A stretch of DNA of 63,823 nt, counting the filler, from Phoronis australis (Eukaryota; Animalia; Phoronida), in assembly GCA_002633005.1 (NCBI GenBank). It is 8 parts of 8 records of this genome, joined end to end, with 100 filler letters (N's around TTAATTAATTAA, not from the genome) between each part and the next. Parts side by side here need not be neighbours in the genome. Positions count along the whole stretch, not along the records: positions 33,829 to 40,064 come from NMRA01002196.1; positions 40,165 to 57,739 come from NMRA01001484.1; 6 more parts are not named here. The stretch is one strand, 5' to 3'. Under the pieces are notes generated by a model, which worked only from the letters and a program-made list of their open reading frames with translations, had not been told where the DNA came from and ran no database searches. Of this stretch, positions 37,756 to 50,816 are shown in pieces (position 1 is the stretch's first letter; every line of letters starts with the position of its first letter). A program made the position numbers and the translations under genes.

Positions 37756-39600
37756 TATGTAACCTACACTCCATCACAAAAAACAACTTTTGATTTACAC
37801 CATTTACAGCTATTAGTCAGGTTTGTTGTGTAATTTCGTTGGAATTTTTTGGGGAAAGTGGAAACTATACATTTTTGGAAACCTCATGGAGTGACAAATC
37901 AGAAAATAATTGATTCCATTTTTGGCGGCCATCTTGGAGGCCATCTTGGGTTTTCAAAAATGTTGCCGGTAAAATGGATTTTGCCCAATATCTCCGCTTT
38001 TGAGTCACTTAGAATGTTGGTTTTTATGGCTACACCTACATTTCTCAGGTCAAGGAATTGGAAATTTCAATTTTTGGGCGACATCTTGGCGGCCATCTTG
38101 GAGTTTTAAAAATGGCGCCCGTAAAATACATTTTCCTCGGTATCTTTGCTCTTGGGTCACTTAGAATGTTAGTTTTAATGGCTGCACCCATATTTTTGTG
38201 GTCAAGAAATCTGAAAATGCAACTTATTAAACGAGAAACATAACTAAAACCCCATTTCTTAGCAGCCACATTTTTTAAATGCATCCTTCATGTAATCCGA
38301 CACATGATCACTATCTTACCTTATTGTATATTTTGTTCGGAGCTTGTTTCCTTCAAGACACTTAAAACTAAAACAGTACCTAAACAACTTATTTACGTTT
38401 GAAAAACACGAAAGTATGTTTTTTGTAGTGTCAATAGTCTTTCAAAACTTTGAAAGCAGTCCGGGCTATAGATCATTACTATAGCCATCACTGCCACCAG
38501 GAATCACGTCATCACCATTCTGACATTCTGCACTATACTGACATTTGATCGATGAGAGCATCTTTGGGAAGAGGAATTGTTTTTGCACTGGCATCTAACC
38601 ATCTCAATGATAGCCTCTGGCGCTGGAAGCTCCTCAGTTGTGAGTGTTTCAGCTGGTCATCTTTGTCCTTGTAAATTCATTCTGCAATGGGTCAAGGAAC
38701 TTCTGTTGAGCAATGACTGCCTGGCCCCACACTCTGGCTTGAAAAAACACCCTCAGCACATGCTGTTTCAAAGCACCAATGGTTGGTGGACGTTTGTCGT
38801 TGTCAGCCATATGTTTACAGAAGAGGTACCATCTCAGCTCTGGAATGCTATTTGTGTCTATACTCTGTGGTGAGTATGCACATGTAAAAGGGGCTAATGT
38901 GAAAAGAGGTTCACCTGTTACTTCATAAGCAGTACAAAAAGTCTGCTGTGCATTGATATCGTCGGTGTTTGCCTTCAAATATATATTCAACCTACAGAAT
39001 GGACCAGTGTTGTCTGTCCATGTAAAAGCATGGAAAGCAGGAAGAGCCTTTGCCCGGACAGCACCTAATATTGTCCATATTGCATTCACGTCCACAATCC
39101 CAGATGTCATGGTGACTGAAATATTTCTGAGAAGCCTTTCATAATAGGCAATGACGAGTACCAGTAAATCCATGCCAGATGAAAAAAACATCAGCTGAGA
39201 ATCAGGGACATTTGATGTGATGCCAAAACTGTATGATGTACAGTGTATTAGCAATACATCTGCTGTTTCGTGATCGTTTTCTTCTAAGTGTAGATCACGC
39301 CGGTTGCTCTTTGTGCATCCTGAAGCTGAAGTAATGGCTATCTTGGCAGAGTCTTGATTATATTCTAGTGTCTTTGCAGACAGATATTCAGTAAGTTGAG
39401 ACTTTTTGGTCATGGGAGAGGAAACGGCTCATTGAGATGTTCTTTATGTAAGTCTCATTTCTTATCTGGTGCTGTACTTGACCATTTCTCTGCCTCCTTT
39501 TTTCTCTTGGGCTTGCTTCAAAGAGTTGTCTTTGTGGGTGTCAAAAACCAGAATGATATCGTCATAATCTCTAGTTAAGAAAATCACTTCCATACTATCC
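37756..39600 (-). mobile_element. Academ-like (AcademX) DNA transposon 3' relic: XPG/PIN-like domain plus Cys-rich finger, pseudogenised
   Basis: ORF 39413-38649 has NDHETADVLLIH (HEEADT motif), SGMDLLVL (SDTDV), LPAFHAFTWTDNTG (FHALTGCDTT) and PPTIGALKQHVLR. After a frameshift comes PAPEAIIEMVRCQCKNNSSSQRCS. Subterminal GGCGGCCATCTTGG repeats at 37920-38100. Boundaries approximate. Confidence 0.72.
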
Positions 39601-40164
39601 ACACGTGTGGCTTGGGTGAACACACTCAATGGATGTTGTTTACATGTTTTCTGGATCTAAAACCTCTCTTGCAGCTTGAGGACTGTCGTGTTCTAAGAAG
39701 TCTGCTTCGGAAAGTTTCTGCAGAAGGTGGATTCAATTCGATTGGAGAAAAAAGTTGCCGTGCCGTACCGTACGGAATAGGTGTCGGCTAATCATGTGGC
39801 TTATACATAAAGGCCTACAAGTATTTAGTCAATCAGTACTCGCTGATTCTATTGCCTATTACATTGTAGCTCTCAGCTAATAGAAGGTCACGCGCGCATC
39901 TTTAACTTAATTGATAATTACTTCAAATACCATTAATTAATAATTGTTATATCAGCAGAAACTCCCACATTTTTGACGTCCGGTAGACGTCGGTAAGCAT
40001 GCAAGTATTAGGCTAGTTAGCTACAAGAATGTCAAACCTATTCGTTCATTCACACTTGTCAGTCNNNNNNNNNNNNNNNNNNNNNNNNNNNNNNNNNNNN
40101 NNNNNNNNTTAATTAATTAANNNNNNNNNNNNNNNNNNNNNNNNNNNNNNNNNNNNNNNNNNNN

Positions 40165-42013
40165 GGCAATTTTGTTTTTTTTTTTCATCCGTGGCTGTGT
40201 CTCTTTAAAGTGAACTTGCAGACTAATTACTTATCTCTTTGACTGCTTGGACAAATTAGTTAGAAACACAACATATAGGGATGATGTGAATATAAAGTAG
40301 TGTTTTGGTGTAGTGTTGGGGAATAACACTGCTTGATGTGAGCTATGTAAGCCCCGAAGGTATGTCATTAGGGCAGAGGTCACCTATTTGCAAATTGTTT
40401 TGTTTTTGCATTTTACAATTTGTCAATGAATACAGCTGCACCCTAGATGATGTTCAAACAGCATTGTCGTTTAGTTCCTACTACAGATTAGCATAGTTAG
40501 GAGCATGCTAATACATCTTTAATCCTTTGAATGTTCTTTGCAAAATTTGGTTTATGTGATCCTAGAAAGATGGCAATAGGTGACGATCACTTTGAGACCA
40601 TTTGTACTAACGGCTGTTTCTGCTTGTGTCAGTTTTAGTTATGTGACATTTGCCTCCATATCTTTTGAGTTCAGAAATGGATTTTTATGTGCCCACATAC
40701 TTATGTCATCTCTGTCTGGGCATCCGGTGTCCGTGGCTGTACCTCTAAACGCCTTGCAGGATCTTATTGAAATTTGCCTGGTGTGTTTCTGTGGGGTAGA
40801 CAGAGGAGGACTAGTTTCAAAGGGATCAGAATACCACTGTGCCCTCTTGTGGCAACTTTAGTTTTTTAGGTTTGCCTCTGTATCTTCAAAGGTCCTTAAC
40901 TGATTTTCATGAAATTTGGCACATAGGCAGCTATCCTCCAGTTTTCGATGGATTCGAGGCGTCTAGTGGCCATTCTATTTTAGAGTTTGTTTTTGGCGTC
41001 CGCCCCTCTATCAATCAAACTACTCTAAGGATGATTGTGAAAATTGGCATGTATGTTCTTACTATGAAGAAGACGGTTGACGATGATTTTCCGATGGCTT
41101 CGACTACTGTGAGGGGTCGAGGTGAGAGAATGTTCAATTTTCACTTATATTTTAATTGCGAGCCGAAACTTTTTATAATTAGTTGTTCGTTATTGATTGT
41201 TACTTGCTAACACCCGGAATTTTGGTTTTAGGGACAGTCGCAGTATCTCCTACACGCTCTACAGGATCTTTATTTAATTTAGCAAATGTATTTATTTAAA
41301 GTTGACGACGACGACTTTCGGACAGATCGGTCTACCGGTGTACCTCCTAGTGGCAATTTTAACTTTTTTCGTTTATCGCTGTATCTTCAAAGGTACTCGA
41401 CGGATTTCCTTAAAATTTGGCACATAGACATCCATTAGTGAGGAGACGCTAGCCATTCATCTTCGGATTGATTTAAGGTTTTTGCGCCATTTTTGTTGTT
41501 TGAGTTTGTTTTGTGGCGTTCCTCGCTCTGTCAACCAAACCACTCTATGGATGATTGTGAAAGTTGGCATGTATGTGCTTTCTATGAAGGGGACGGTTGC
41601 CGATGATTTCTTATGACTGGCGCTTCCTAGTGGCGGTTTTTTTTTTGCACCCATACCTGTATCTCCTAAGCCCTCTGCAGGATCTTTATTAAATTTAGCA
41701 CGTGAATTTATATGAAGTTAATAAGACAAGATGACGACTTTTAGACGAATCCGATGAACAATGTGCCCCCTAGTGGCAATTTCGTTTATTTTGTTTTCCT
41801 CTGTTTCTCTGAAGTTCCTCGGCAAATTTTAATTAAATTTGGTAAATGACTTTCTTTTAAAGAAACGATGTTATTTTTTTTTTGATTTTGAGACAGATTC
41901 GACGCATTTTGCACCATCTAGTTGCCATTTTAATGATACAAATAAACAACCCTAAAAGCACACCATTTGCGATGCATTCGTGGGGACATTTCAACGCTCC
42001 GCGTTGCTCTTGT
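40165..42013 (+). mobile_element. Helentron-associated non-autonomous element (HINE/DINE-1-like) with degenerate internal repeats
   Basis: Repeated cores CTGTATCT(C/T)...GATTTTCATGAAATTTGGCAC; 3' end GGGGACATTT-CAACGC(TCC)GCGTTG-CTCTTGT hairpin at 41982-42013. Confidence 0.65.
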
Positions 42014-44045
42014 ACAACTTCTAATGAGCACATGAAAGGGATATTGAGCCTTTGGTAAAAAATTTACTTTGATTTAGACCGCAGGCTGTATAACTCGTCT
42101 TCAATACACGGTAACAACAACGACATACCGTCGCACCCCTCAGGTTCTCCAGAATACCAGATACTCATCTAACTTTTTGCTAAAAATGCCTGGTTGGATG
42201 TAAGACTCCAACATTTTTAAGAGTTAAATGAAATCGGCATTATTTTTACACCTAGACAGTATATGAATTATATTGCTACAGAATCCAATTTGAAACAGTT
42301 TAGTTTTCGATTGTTAAATCAAAAATCATGATTGTTTTGTTGTGTATAATCAAATTGACTCCGCTTTCAGACAAGACCTACCTGCACAAATCTATCAATA
42401 CAATTATACTTTTACATTAAAAATAAAACTTATTTCACTTTGTGACTATCACACAGAAGGTACGCTCATCAGAATCTAAAATGAGAAATTTTCTATCAAG
42501 TATTCAACGCAATACATTAAGCTGCACGGTGCTCGACTTTAAATAAAAACTGCTTTTGAAAGAAAGTGAATACATGTTTTGATCTCCAGTCATTTGTAAA
42601 ATTAAAACTCGTTTTGAAAGCGGACAAACATTTGTTCTTCCAAATAATTTGGTAATCGCTTTAGACACCGAGTGGTCCGTAAATCTTTCAAGTGTTTGCG
42701 TAATCGTGTTCTTCCTAAAAGACTGGAGAATCAATCTGGGAACAACATTGTAGCAAACGTATATATAAATATTTGATTTTTTTTAAATCAGTAATTATGA
42801 GACAGTAAAAATTGATATTTTAATGAAGCAGGTCATTGATAAATACACTTCGTGCGTGTCACGTTACCGTGACAACGTTAAAAATAATTCTGAGAGTAGA
42901 AGTAATAGAAATTGATGTCACATTTGTATCTGGTGTTGTTTAGGGTGCGAGACTGGTGTCGGGAAGGGGGTGGGGTTGAACAATGCATTTGGTAATTACA
43001 TCATAATGCAGGCCATGTCGCCACGGTACCCGTTGCTACAAAGATCCTTGTCGACCTCATTAGTTCATAGTTCAGTCATTGCCGTGTCAGAAAGTGTCAA
43101 AGTATTTCACCATAGGACTGAGCAGCCGTGCACTGGTTTAGCTACACTCATTTTCGCCAGTTACCATTTTTGTTTCTGTGACAGTCATTTGTACTGTGTC
43201 AAGTCTGTGACAATCGTGGCTATAGTTCTCGTCAGCCTGGTTTGCCCAGGATACACTCAACAATGAGTCTACGCATTTAAGTTAAGTAGGACCTTACCGA
43301 CAAGTCTGTGGATTTATCAAAAGTATCTACAATACAATGTGGAGTTGAAACTTAGAAAAAAACACAAAGCCTGTAGAATTTAAAGATTTTCGTTTTACCG
43401 ATCTGCTATTGATTCTTTTGAGTAAAAGTACAAAAGGTATATTGATAGCTGAACAACGATCATCATTGACATCAAATTGCATGAGGCATGAGTGTTCAAG
43501 AAGTTGAACTTTCTCAAAAACGCCGTTACATTTTTTTAATTTATTATTTATTACGTTTTCGTCTTATCCAATAAATACAGTTTTTGATATCACCTGATGC
43601 AAAAATAGAACATTTTTAAATAATTCCTCTCATTCAGATGCTAGCCGGGCTTCGTGCACCGTTCTCCAAAACTCTGCAAGGAACTGTTTTTGAAGTGATC
43701 CACTTTTGAAAAAGGGCAAAAATAGGACTTATATGATTTTGTAAAGAAACTACAAAATTGCAGAAATTGAAAACAAAACGAAAAAATAATTTAGGAAACT
43801 GCGACACTCATCTCGACCATCTATGTGTCAAACGGTTTAAGGTTAGTTCGTGTTATTGACGTCACAATTTTGCTAAAAAGACATGATTGCCCAATTAAAG
43901 GCAGATTGAAATCAAAATCAAATTTGAATTCTACTGGCCTTTTACTTTGAGAAAATATTTACTTTAGCTGTTTTCTATACACTGTAATAAAAGCTGAATA
44001 TATAGAGTTGACAGCGATAGATTGGTGTTAAATTATAATCAACAT

Positions 44046-44059
44046 CCACCAGGGGGCAG
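44046..44059 (+). promoter_or_regulatory. Consensus CTCF-type motif
   Basis: CCACCAGGGGGCAG matches CCASYAGRKGGCRS; function untested. Confidence 0.35.
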
Positions 44060-46644
44060 TAGTCAGAGTCTTCCGAAAATCATCGTCAGCTATGCTTCTT
44101 AAAATAGGAATACATTATGCTAATGTTGAAATGATCCTTAGAACGGTTTGTCCGACAGAGAGGATAACGTCTCCAAGAAAAGTCTCGAAAATAATAAAAA
44201 TGGTTACTGGATGGCGAAATCTATCCGAAAATGAAAATGTATTGTTGTCTCTTTGACTGAAATGAGCTTGCGTTTTTGATTTCCCAATTTTATTGGCTTG
44301 CCCATCCCCAATAATCTCCAATTCAGAAGCGTTATCTTAGTGCGTCAGTAGCTGAGGGTTTGGATCATTCCTGTTGGAAACCGATTTAGAATCCTTTCAC
44401 GGTACGAAACACCGATTTAAAAAAAGGTCTAATTCCCTTTCGTTTCCTAGCTAATTACAGAGGGCGAAACTGAGATGCAGTTAGCGCATAGATATACATG
44501 TAGACATAATGCATTATTGCAGCAGGATAGCTGAATGCGCGCTTAAGTATACATCAAATGAATGGTATTGTATTCGCCACTTTTCGAGTTTCAGTCGTGT
44601 TCGTAAATGTATGAATTTTGAGAGGATATACAAGAGGCAGGACTACGTGTCTATTTAGGGGGTTCCGTTAGCCGGGTTAGGACAAAAATCCGCCGGCATG
44701 TCATTTTTCGGAACTATTGCGAAACCCTAAACCCAGATCTCGCTGGTTTTCATTCAGTAGCGCGCGTTTTATCACTGGTTGATGTAACCTCGGCAGTCAT
44801 TGTTTAGCTTTACAACAAAGAAAGAAAATAGCGGACTATGAACGATTTTTAGCTAATTGTCATGCAAGTGACGTAGGCCTATACAGCAACTAATTCGTTT
44901 CTGCAGCAATGTTTAATAGCCACGTGTTTGAAGCACCGGCATACATGTACAATCGATAAATAGACATCTGGCCGATTTAACCGGTGTGTTATTCATTAGG
45001 TGTGAATGCAAGACAGCAACGTAAACAAAAGTCAGCGACAGTAGAAAAATGCAAACGAACAGGCACAAACATAAGGGATTCACATTTCTTGAACATGAAT
45101 TAGCACAGATTTGTCAGTACAACAGACCACACTTACACATTCTCCATGCCAGTTTGTTTGCGTAAAGCGCAACCTGTTGAGAACTCGATCAGCCAATCAG
45201 AAACGCCGGTGTAGAAAATTTTCGGGGAAAAATTAAATGATACCTGCCTGTTCTCTATCCCTAGCGGACACACAGGGAACCAGCGAGGACCCAGATCTGC
45301 AAATGAGATAGCGCCATCTATGCGCATGATTATCTTAAGAACGCGGGGAATTTCAGAGCCTCCCGCAGTGGTTGACGTACAACCGTAATCCTCCCAAAAT
45401 AATTAGGTATCGTGTGACACAATAGGCTTTATTGATTAGACATGTAAAGATTTGCCGGAGTGCTTGCTTTTCAGAAGATCAATTTGCGCCATAGCCTTGC
45501 GTGACCCGCTCGGCGTTCGGACGCCGTTCAAACTAGCTGGGAGTGGAGTTTTCCATTTTCAGGTTTGTAAAAACATTTTATAAAACGTTTTGTTGCTAAT
45601 TTCTTGGCTTTTTGGAAACTAAATAATGATGTCAAAAACTGCTTGTCTCACATTTTAAAGCAAACTTAATTGACTTATTATCATTCATTATTGTGATACT
45701 CCAAGCGGCAACGAAAAAAAAAAACGCGACTAGGGCGAGTTTGGGAGTTACGGCAACCATGGATTTCTAACGAACGAAGAAAATGACGTCATCGGGATTT
45801 TATTGTTCGCTTGCAAAACACTCCGGCTGACGTTTCAGACATGCGTTCGGCGTAAACCCAGCTAGATGTCGCGTATTTTTACAAAGCGTCCCACCTTCAC
45901 AATCAAGGTGTTCCATTTTATGTTCTCGAATACGGCTGTACGCCTTGGCATATCAGATTACGAAAGCACTATAGTCTAATACAGATATCAGTGATTTTGA
46001 GAATCAAGAAGTAATTGATCCCGATTCAGTGGAAACTGATTCTGCACTGGCACCGCTATGTTCAGTCATAGGTTTTAGGAATAGCTATGATGTTATCAGT
46101 GTCTAGGACGCCAATGAGGGCCGATCACGCATGCGTACTGTATGATAACTCAAAGTTTTCCCCAATAAAAGCAACGCGTATGTTATGAGTGCAGTATGGC
46201 ATTATATACTTGCACCCAGTTTTCTTCGGTGTTACTTCAGTATTGCCTCATAATTTGCATGTTGTTCGAATCTTCTGATTTCTGGCAGTTTTGTTTGAGT
46301 CTAGATTAATCCCTGTTTTAAATCCTTATACATGAATATGCAACCATTTCTCTGTCCAACCGTGTAGACCTACTGAGACCCAGGCAGGTTATGTAGGACC
46401 CTAGAAAAATGTCCAAACTTGACTAACTTCGGAATATCATATCTCAGAAACGATAGGTTGGATTTTAATGAAACTTTCAGATGATATGATTTGCAAACCC
46501 TGTTGTTGTTTTTGAAATGTTCCACTTTTGCATGTCTGGACTTGTGATTTTCAAAAAAACTGAAACTTTCATATCTTAATAGCGATTTTGAGATCTCATC
46601 CTGAACGAGCGTCTGACCTTCGACTGATGACTCATCATTTCCAG

Positions 46645-46942
46645 GGTCTGTTTCATGAAAATGTCACAAGACTTCAGACAAAAAGTCATGAAGTTGGCCT
46701 TACGCTTAAACTACGCAATTGCTGGAAAAGCTTTAGCCAAATAATTATGAAGGCATCACACTCTATAATTACGTTATCTACAAGTTATCTCAGTGACTAA
46801 CAGTTACGTGTATATTCTCAAGAGTCTCTACTCTTTTGCTCAAGTGAGAATCTGACTATTTTCCAAAAGTAATTGTTTGGAGTGCCAAGACCAAACTTTT
46901 GACTCAAGTCTACATGTAAGTCACGTTTCATGAAGCAAACGC
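46645..46942. mobile_element. MITE (Harbinger-like)
   Basis: Imperfect TIR GGTCTGTTTCATGAAA ... TTTCATGAAGCAAACGC with CWG flanks. Confidence 0.5.
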
Positions 46943-47883
46943 CTGGTGTCGGTTTCTATAGGAAAAGTGTTTTTGTAGTCAAAATAGATACATTTCACAC
47001 GAACGATAAATACGCCCGCAGCTATTTTGGTCACTGAATAATTCACGAGATGGTGTCACGTGACTATAGGCGGTGTTAGAAAATGAATTGATTTGGACCA
47101 TAGAAGAATGTGACGTCACAGCTACAACGTGATAGGACGCTGGATGATTGAATAGATTTCTTCTTATAGGTCTGTTGATATCATAGACTTCTTAAAACTG
47201 TGATGTCTATGGTTGATATCATCTGATCGATATCAAAGCATGTTACTTAATTACTAGTTGAGCAAAAAACGAACGATAGCGAATCCTAAAATCGCTGATA
47301 TTCACAATGTGGAACTATTAAACATTCTGACAACTTTTTGGAAAAAAGGAAAATAAAGAAAAATGATTGGATTTGTTGTCATGCCACCAGTAAACCGTAC
47401 AGTCAATATTTACCTTTGTTTATTTGGGAAATAGCGGTGGAAGTTGGCATTGCAGCTCCATTTAGTAAATTTGACGGCGGATAACCTGTAGGGTTCCACC
47501 TCCCAACGGTCTCTGCAGTTACACAAATGAGCTAGTACGCGCATGTGCTATGAGGATAAATGCAATTGCTGATGTCCTCAGACAACAGCTTTTAGGGCTC
47601 GCGGTCCCGTTTTGAGAACGTTCATTTTGAAGGTATACATATAGAAAGATTTGAGCTTTGAGGGCCCTGGTACACTGCCATGAGGTTTTTTTCAAACAGG
47701 TTTCTGGTGGCTGCTACTGATGAAGGCTCTTAAATTAAACTTTAATTAACTTGCAGTCGTGGAAAATCGAAAAATGCTAAACGTAACATCCGTATGCGTA
47801 GGAGCTTGCCTATTCATTGAGTAGCTCACTTGATGAAACAATAACAGTGACATTATCACTTCAGGTCAGCAAATAACCATAAT

Positions 47884-49821
47884 ATGGCAATCAGCTCCAA
47901 GGATGCAGACGACATTCGAAGGCTATTAGAATGCCCGATCTGTTTAGAGAGACCGAAAACACCGCGCCAGCTCCCATGTATTCATACGTTCTGTCACAAG
48001 TGTTTACAAACAGTTATTGACAAAGGAGGCAAAGACGGCAAGTTTTCATGTCCGCGGTGCAGTCGAGTTTTTGACATCCCAACAGATGGTGCTGCTGGAT
48101 TTGCCTTCAATCATTTCATCAACCACATGAACGACTGTGTTCCCAAGGCGACCAATGTCTTCTGTTATGTATGCCACGAAAATAGATCCACAACGGAGGC
48201 CAATTTCATGTGTATACAGTGCGCTCACCACTTGTGTAAAAAATGTGCAGACGTTCACTGTCAGACTGGAATAACTTTAACCCACAAAGTGGTCAGTTTG
48301 GAGGAAGTCGCAGCTGGCATGCATTTTGAAGCGATACGTAAACACCAAACGGTATATTGCTCGAAACACCCTGGTAAGCAGCTTGAACTTTACTGTGACG
48401 AATGCCAAACACCCGTGTGTTTGTTATGTAAAGTACTCGATCACGATCCACACGAGATAAAGAACATTGAAGAGGCAGCAGAGGAAGCAATCGAGGTGCT
48501 CACACGTTTGATGGAGCCCTGGATGGACGCAGTGGATCACGCGAAGGTTTTGTCAGACGAACGGAAGAATATTCGAGAGAAACTGAACCAAGAACTGTTA
48601 GCACGAAAGCTTGAAGAACTTGGCAAAATTTTTGATGATTTTAAGAAGAAGGTTGATGATGCGCTGGAAACTAAGAGAAGTGAAGCGATCACTAAACTGA
48701 CCGAGAAGTTCGAGTTGACCCAAAAGCAAACCCAAGCAGCTTACGACGCTGCAGAAAAGAGTCGGCTGTCTCTGATGAGTACACTGAGATACGCCAAGAG
48801 ACTTGTTGAAAGAGCGCATCCTGCTGAAACAATTCTACAGTTCCGGGACATGGTCACCACTCTGGGATCGTTAGATATCACTCAGTTTGAATATAACATT
48901 GACAAGCCTGTACTTAGCTTTGTACCTTCTGAACTGTCAGTACCTAACGTGTCTGTTGATACTGGAGCTACTGTAGAATCCCAACTAACGGACACAAAAT
49001 TTTCTCAACTTCATTTTTCCTCTTCTGTTAAAGAATCTGCATGTAGTATAGGAAGCTTTATCAGCCAGGATTGTAATTCCGTTAATTGTTGGGGACTGGC
49101 AGTTTGTGATGAGGAGTTTGTTGTAACAAACTCGCAGGAGAGTAATGTGAGAGTGTTCAATAAACACGACTTTCAAGTGAAGTTACAGTTACAACAAACT
49201 CGTCACAAACTGCAGTGCTCGGTCGATGTGACATGCAACAAAGAAGGTGAGATCTTCATCACCGACTTCGGCATTAATGGTGTTGTTAGGTACGATGCAC
49301 AGGGTCGTGTGATGAAGATTTGTCCTGATATGTATGAAGGTGAGGGGTTTGTTACATGTCACGGCGACCGGCTGATTGTGTGTGATAGTGACGGGGGCCG
49401 GGTGATTATTACCGATTATGACTGTAACATTCACCACCAGTTCGACGGCCCCACCCTGGGGCTTGACGAGTTCACACCACGCTATGTGTGCATGGATAAC
49501 TGTGGTCAGTTGGTGATCAGTGAGTGGGCCCCCGGTCGTGTCCATGTGATTGACCCCACACGGCCGGCCGTTGTATCCACACTGACCTGTCAAATGAGTA
49601 ACACGCCGTGCGGTGTGTGTGTAGACCCCCACGGTCACATTCTGGTGGCAGACTGTGACAATCACCAAGTGATTTTGTACAACAACGCACGTGCACACGT
49701 GATCGTGCCCCCTGGTGGTGTCCAGTATCCAACTGGTTTATGTCTCCCGGCCCCGGGTCAGTTGTCTGTAGTGGAGTTAGTTACAGGTGTGGTGAAGACA
49801 TTTCAGTACTTGAAGGAATAA
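47884..49821 (+). CDS. TRIM-NHL family E3 ubiquitin ligase (RING, B-box1, B-box2, coiled coil, NHL beta-propeller), 645 aa, intronless CDS
   Basis: C3HC4 RING CPIC...LPCIHTFCHKC...CPRC; B-box1 CYVC...CIQCAHHLCKKCADVH; B-box2 CSKH...LYCDECQTPVCLLC..DH..H; helical coiled coil; NHL repeats such as PCGVCVDPHGHILVADCDNHQV. Splice acceptor TTCAG ends ~20 nt before the ATG. Confidence 0.95.
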   Translation: MAISSKDADDIRRLLECPICLERPKTPRQLPCIHTFCHKCLQTVIDKGGKDGKFSCPRCSRVFDIPTDGAAGFAFNHFINHMNDCVPKATNVFCYVCHENRSTTEANFMCIQCAHHLCKKCADVHCQTGITLTHKVVSLEEVAAGMHFEAIRKHQTVYCSKHPGKQLELYCDECQTPVCLLCKVLDHDPHEIKNIEEAAEEAIEVLTRLMEPWMDAVDHAKVLSDERKNIREKLNQELLARKLEELGKIFDDFKKKVDDALETKRSEAITKLTEKFELTQKQTQAAYDAAEKSRLSLMSTLRYAKRLVERAHPAETILQFRDMVTTLGSLDITQFEYNIDKPVLSFVPSELSVPNVSVDTGATVESQLTDTKFSQLHFSSSVKESACSIGSFISQDCNSVNCWGLAVCDEEFVVTNSQESNVRVFNKHDFQVKLQLQQTRHKLQCSVDVTCNKEGEIFITDFGINGVVRYDAQGRVMKICPDMYEGEGFVTCHGDRLIVCDSDGGRVIITDYDCNIHHQFDGPTLGLDEFTPRYVCMDNCGQLVISEWAPGRVHVIDPTRPAVVSTLTCQMSNTPCGVCVDPHGHILVADCDNHQVILYNNARAHVIVPPGGVQYPTGLCLPAPGQLSVVELVTGVVKTFQYLKE

Positions 49822-50048
49822 CGTTATGTAGCATTGAATAACACGTTAGCGCACGATGCGTAGATATAATATGTGATATATCAATAACTAGAATATCTTT
49901 CGTCTGCGTAGTTTGATGTGTTTGTTGAAATGCCACCCTCGTATTTTGCCGTTATTGTGTTGATAGGGTGAAGCACGAACCATAATCTTGGTGTTTGGTG
50001 GTAAGTAGTACCGAATGGTGACTGATAGGTGTTTATGTTGTTTATTTC

Positions 50049-50054
50049 AATAAA
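50049..50054 (+). terminator. Candidate polyadenylation signal of the TRIM-NHL gene
   Basis: AATAAA ~230 nt after the stop codon, preceded by U-rich sequence. Confidence 0.5.
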
Positions 50055-50298
50055 CATTTAAAGTGTACACAACATGACTCTAGTACCTCAAAATAAATTT
50101 TATTATTATATCTTACTTGATTTCAGTGCCTTTAGTGCACAGCTCATAAAGATACACGCAAAAATTGAAAAAATAATAATTATGTACAACGTCATGGGTT
50201 GAACCCAGGTCGTTCGCCATACCGTTCGGATCATAGACAAAGTGTATAGAGTGAAGAGAATGCAAAGTACATTTAGCGTCGAGAAGGTTCGTAGAGGG

Positions 50299-50494
50299 AT
50301 CAAAAGATGTGTTTCCGGAGGCTGCAGCAACAGCAGCAAGGCGGAAAACGTCTCGGTGTTCCGAAGGACACCAAAGTTGCGCAGAAGTGGCATGACTTCG
50401 TGCGCCGAACGAGAGTGTGGGACGTCATCGTGGACCAAGCGATCGGCGGTCCGGGGCCACTCTGTGTTCTGCCCACTTTGAGGACTCGTGTTTC
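50299..50494 (+). pseudogene. THAP zinc-finger N-terminus of a transposase (frameshifted)
   Basis: Across two frameshifts: IKRCVSGGCSN...SVF/PKDTKVAQKWHDFVRRTR.../CSAHFEDSCF, the C2CH THAP signature. Confidence 0.8.
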
Positions 50495-50549
50495 GACTCC
50501 AGTCACAGGAGACAATGAAGGCCTGGTTCAATAAAGGACAATATTTATC

Positions 50550-50816
50550 ATTCAGAAACATCAGCTCTTAATTCAGGATCGTCTGTTGGATGACTGGGTT
50601 GACTCGCCGAGCCCGAGGCCGCTTCTCTCGCGGGAGTATCCAGTTCATAAGGCTCAAAGTAGAAAAGTACGCAGCCGGAAGCACATTAAACCTGTTCTCG
50701 CTTTCGTGCAACCCCATTTCCTCATCCTGGCCACCATTCTCATACGTTTCTTCATAGTATTCGTTCAATTCTTGCTCATAATCGTCGTCACTTTCAAATT
50801 CCCTGGTCTCCGCCAT
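50550..50816 (-). pseudogene. Kolobok accessory (KolX-like) ORF N-terminus
   Basis: Acidic MAETREFESDDDYEQE... then, after a frameshift, YFEPYE...RADVSE(TGA for W); convergent with the THAP relic. Confidence 0.45.

Noticed and set aside
42425-42480. Minus-strand CUGAUGA...GAAA hammerhead-like core (also CTGATGA at ~19580 and ~47717)
   Set aside because: Stems I and III cannot form convincingly, or the GAAA is missing.
48046-49732. Several minus-strand ORFs
   Set aside because: Antisense shadows of the TRIM-NHL CDS.
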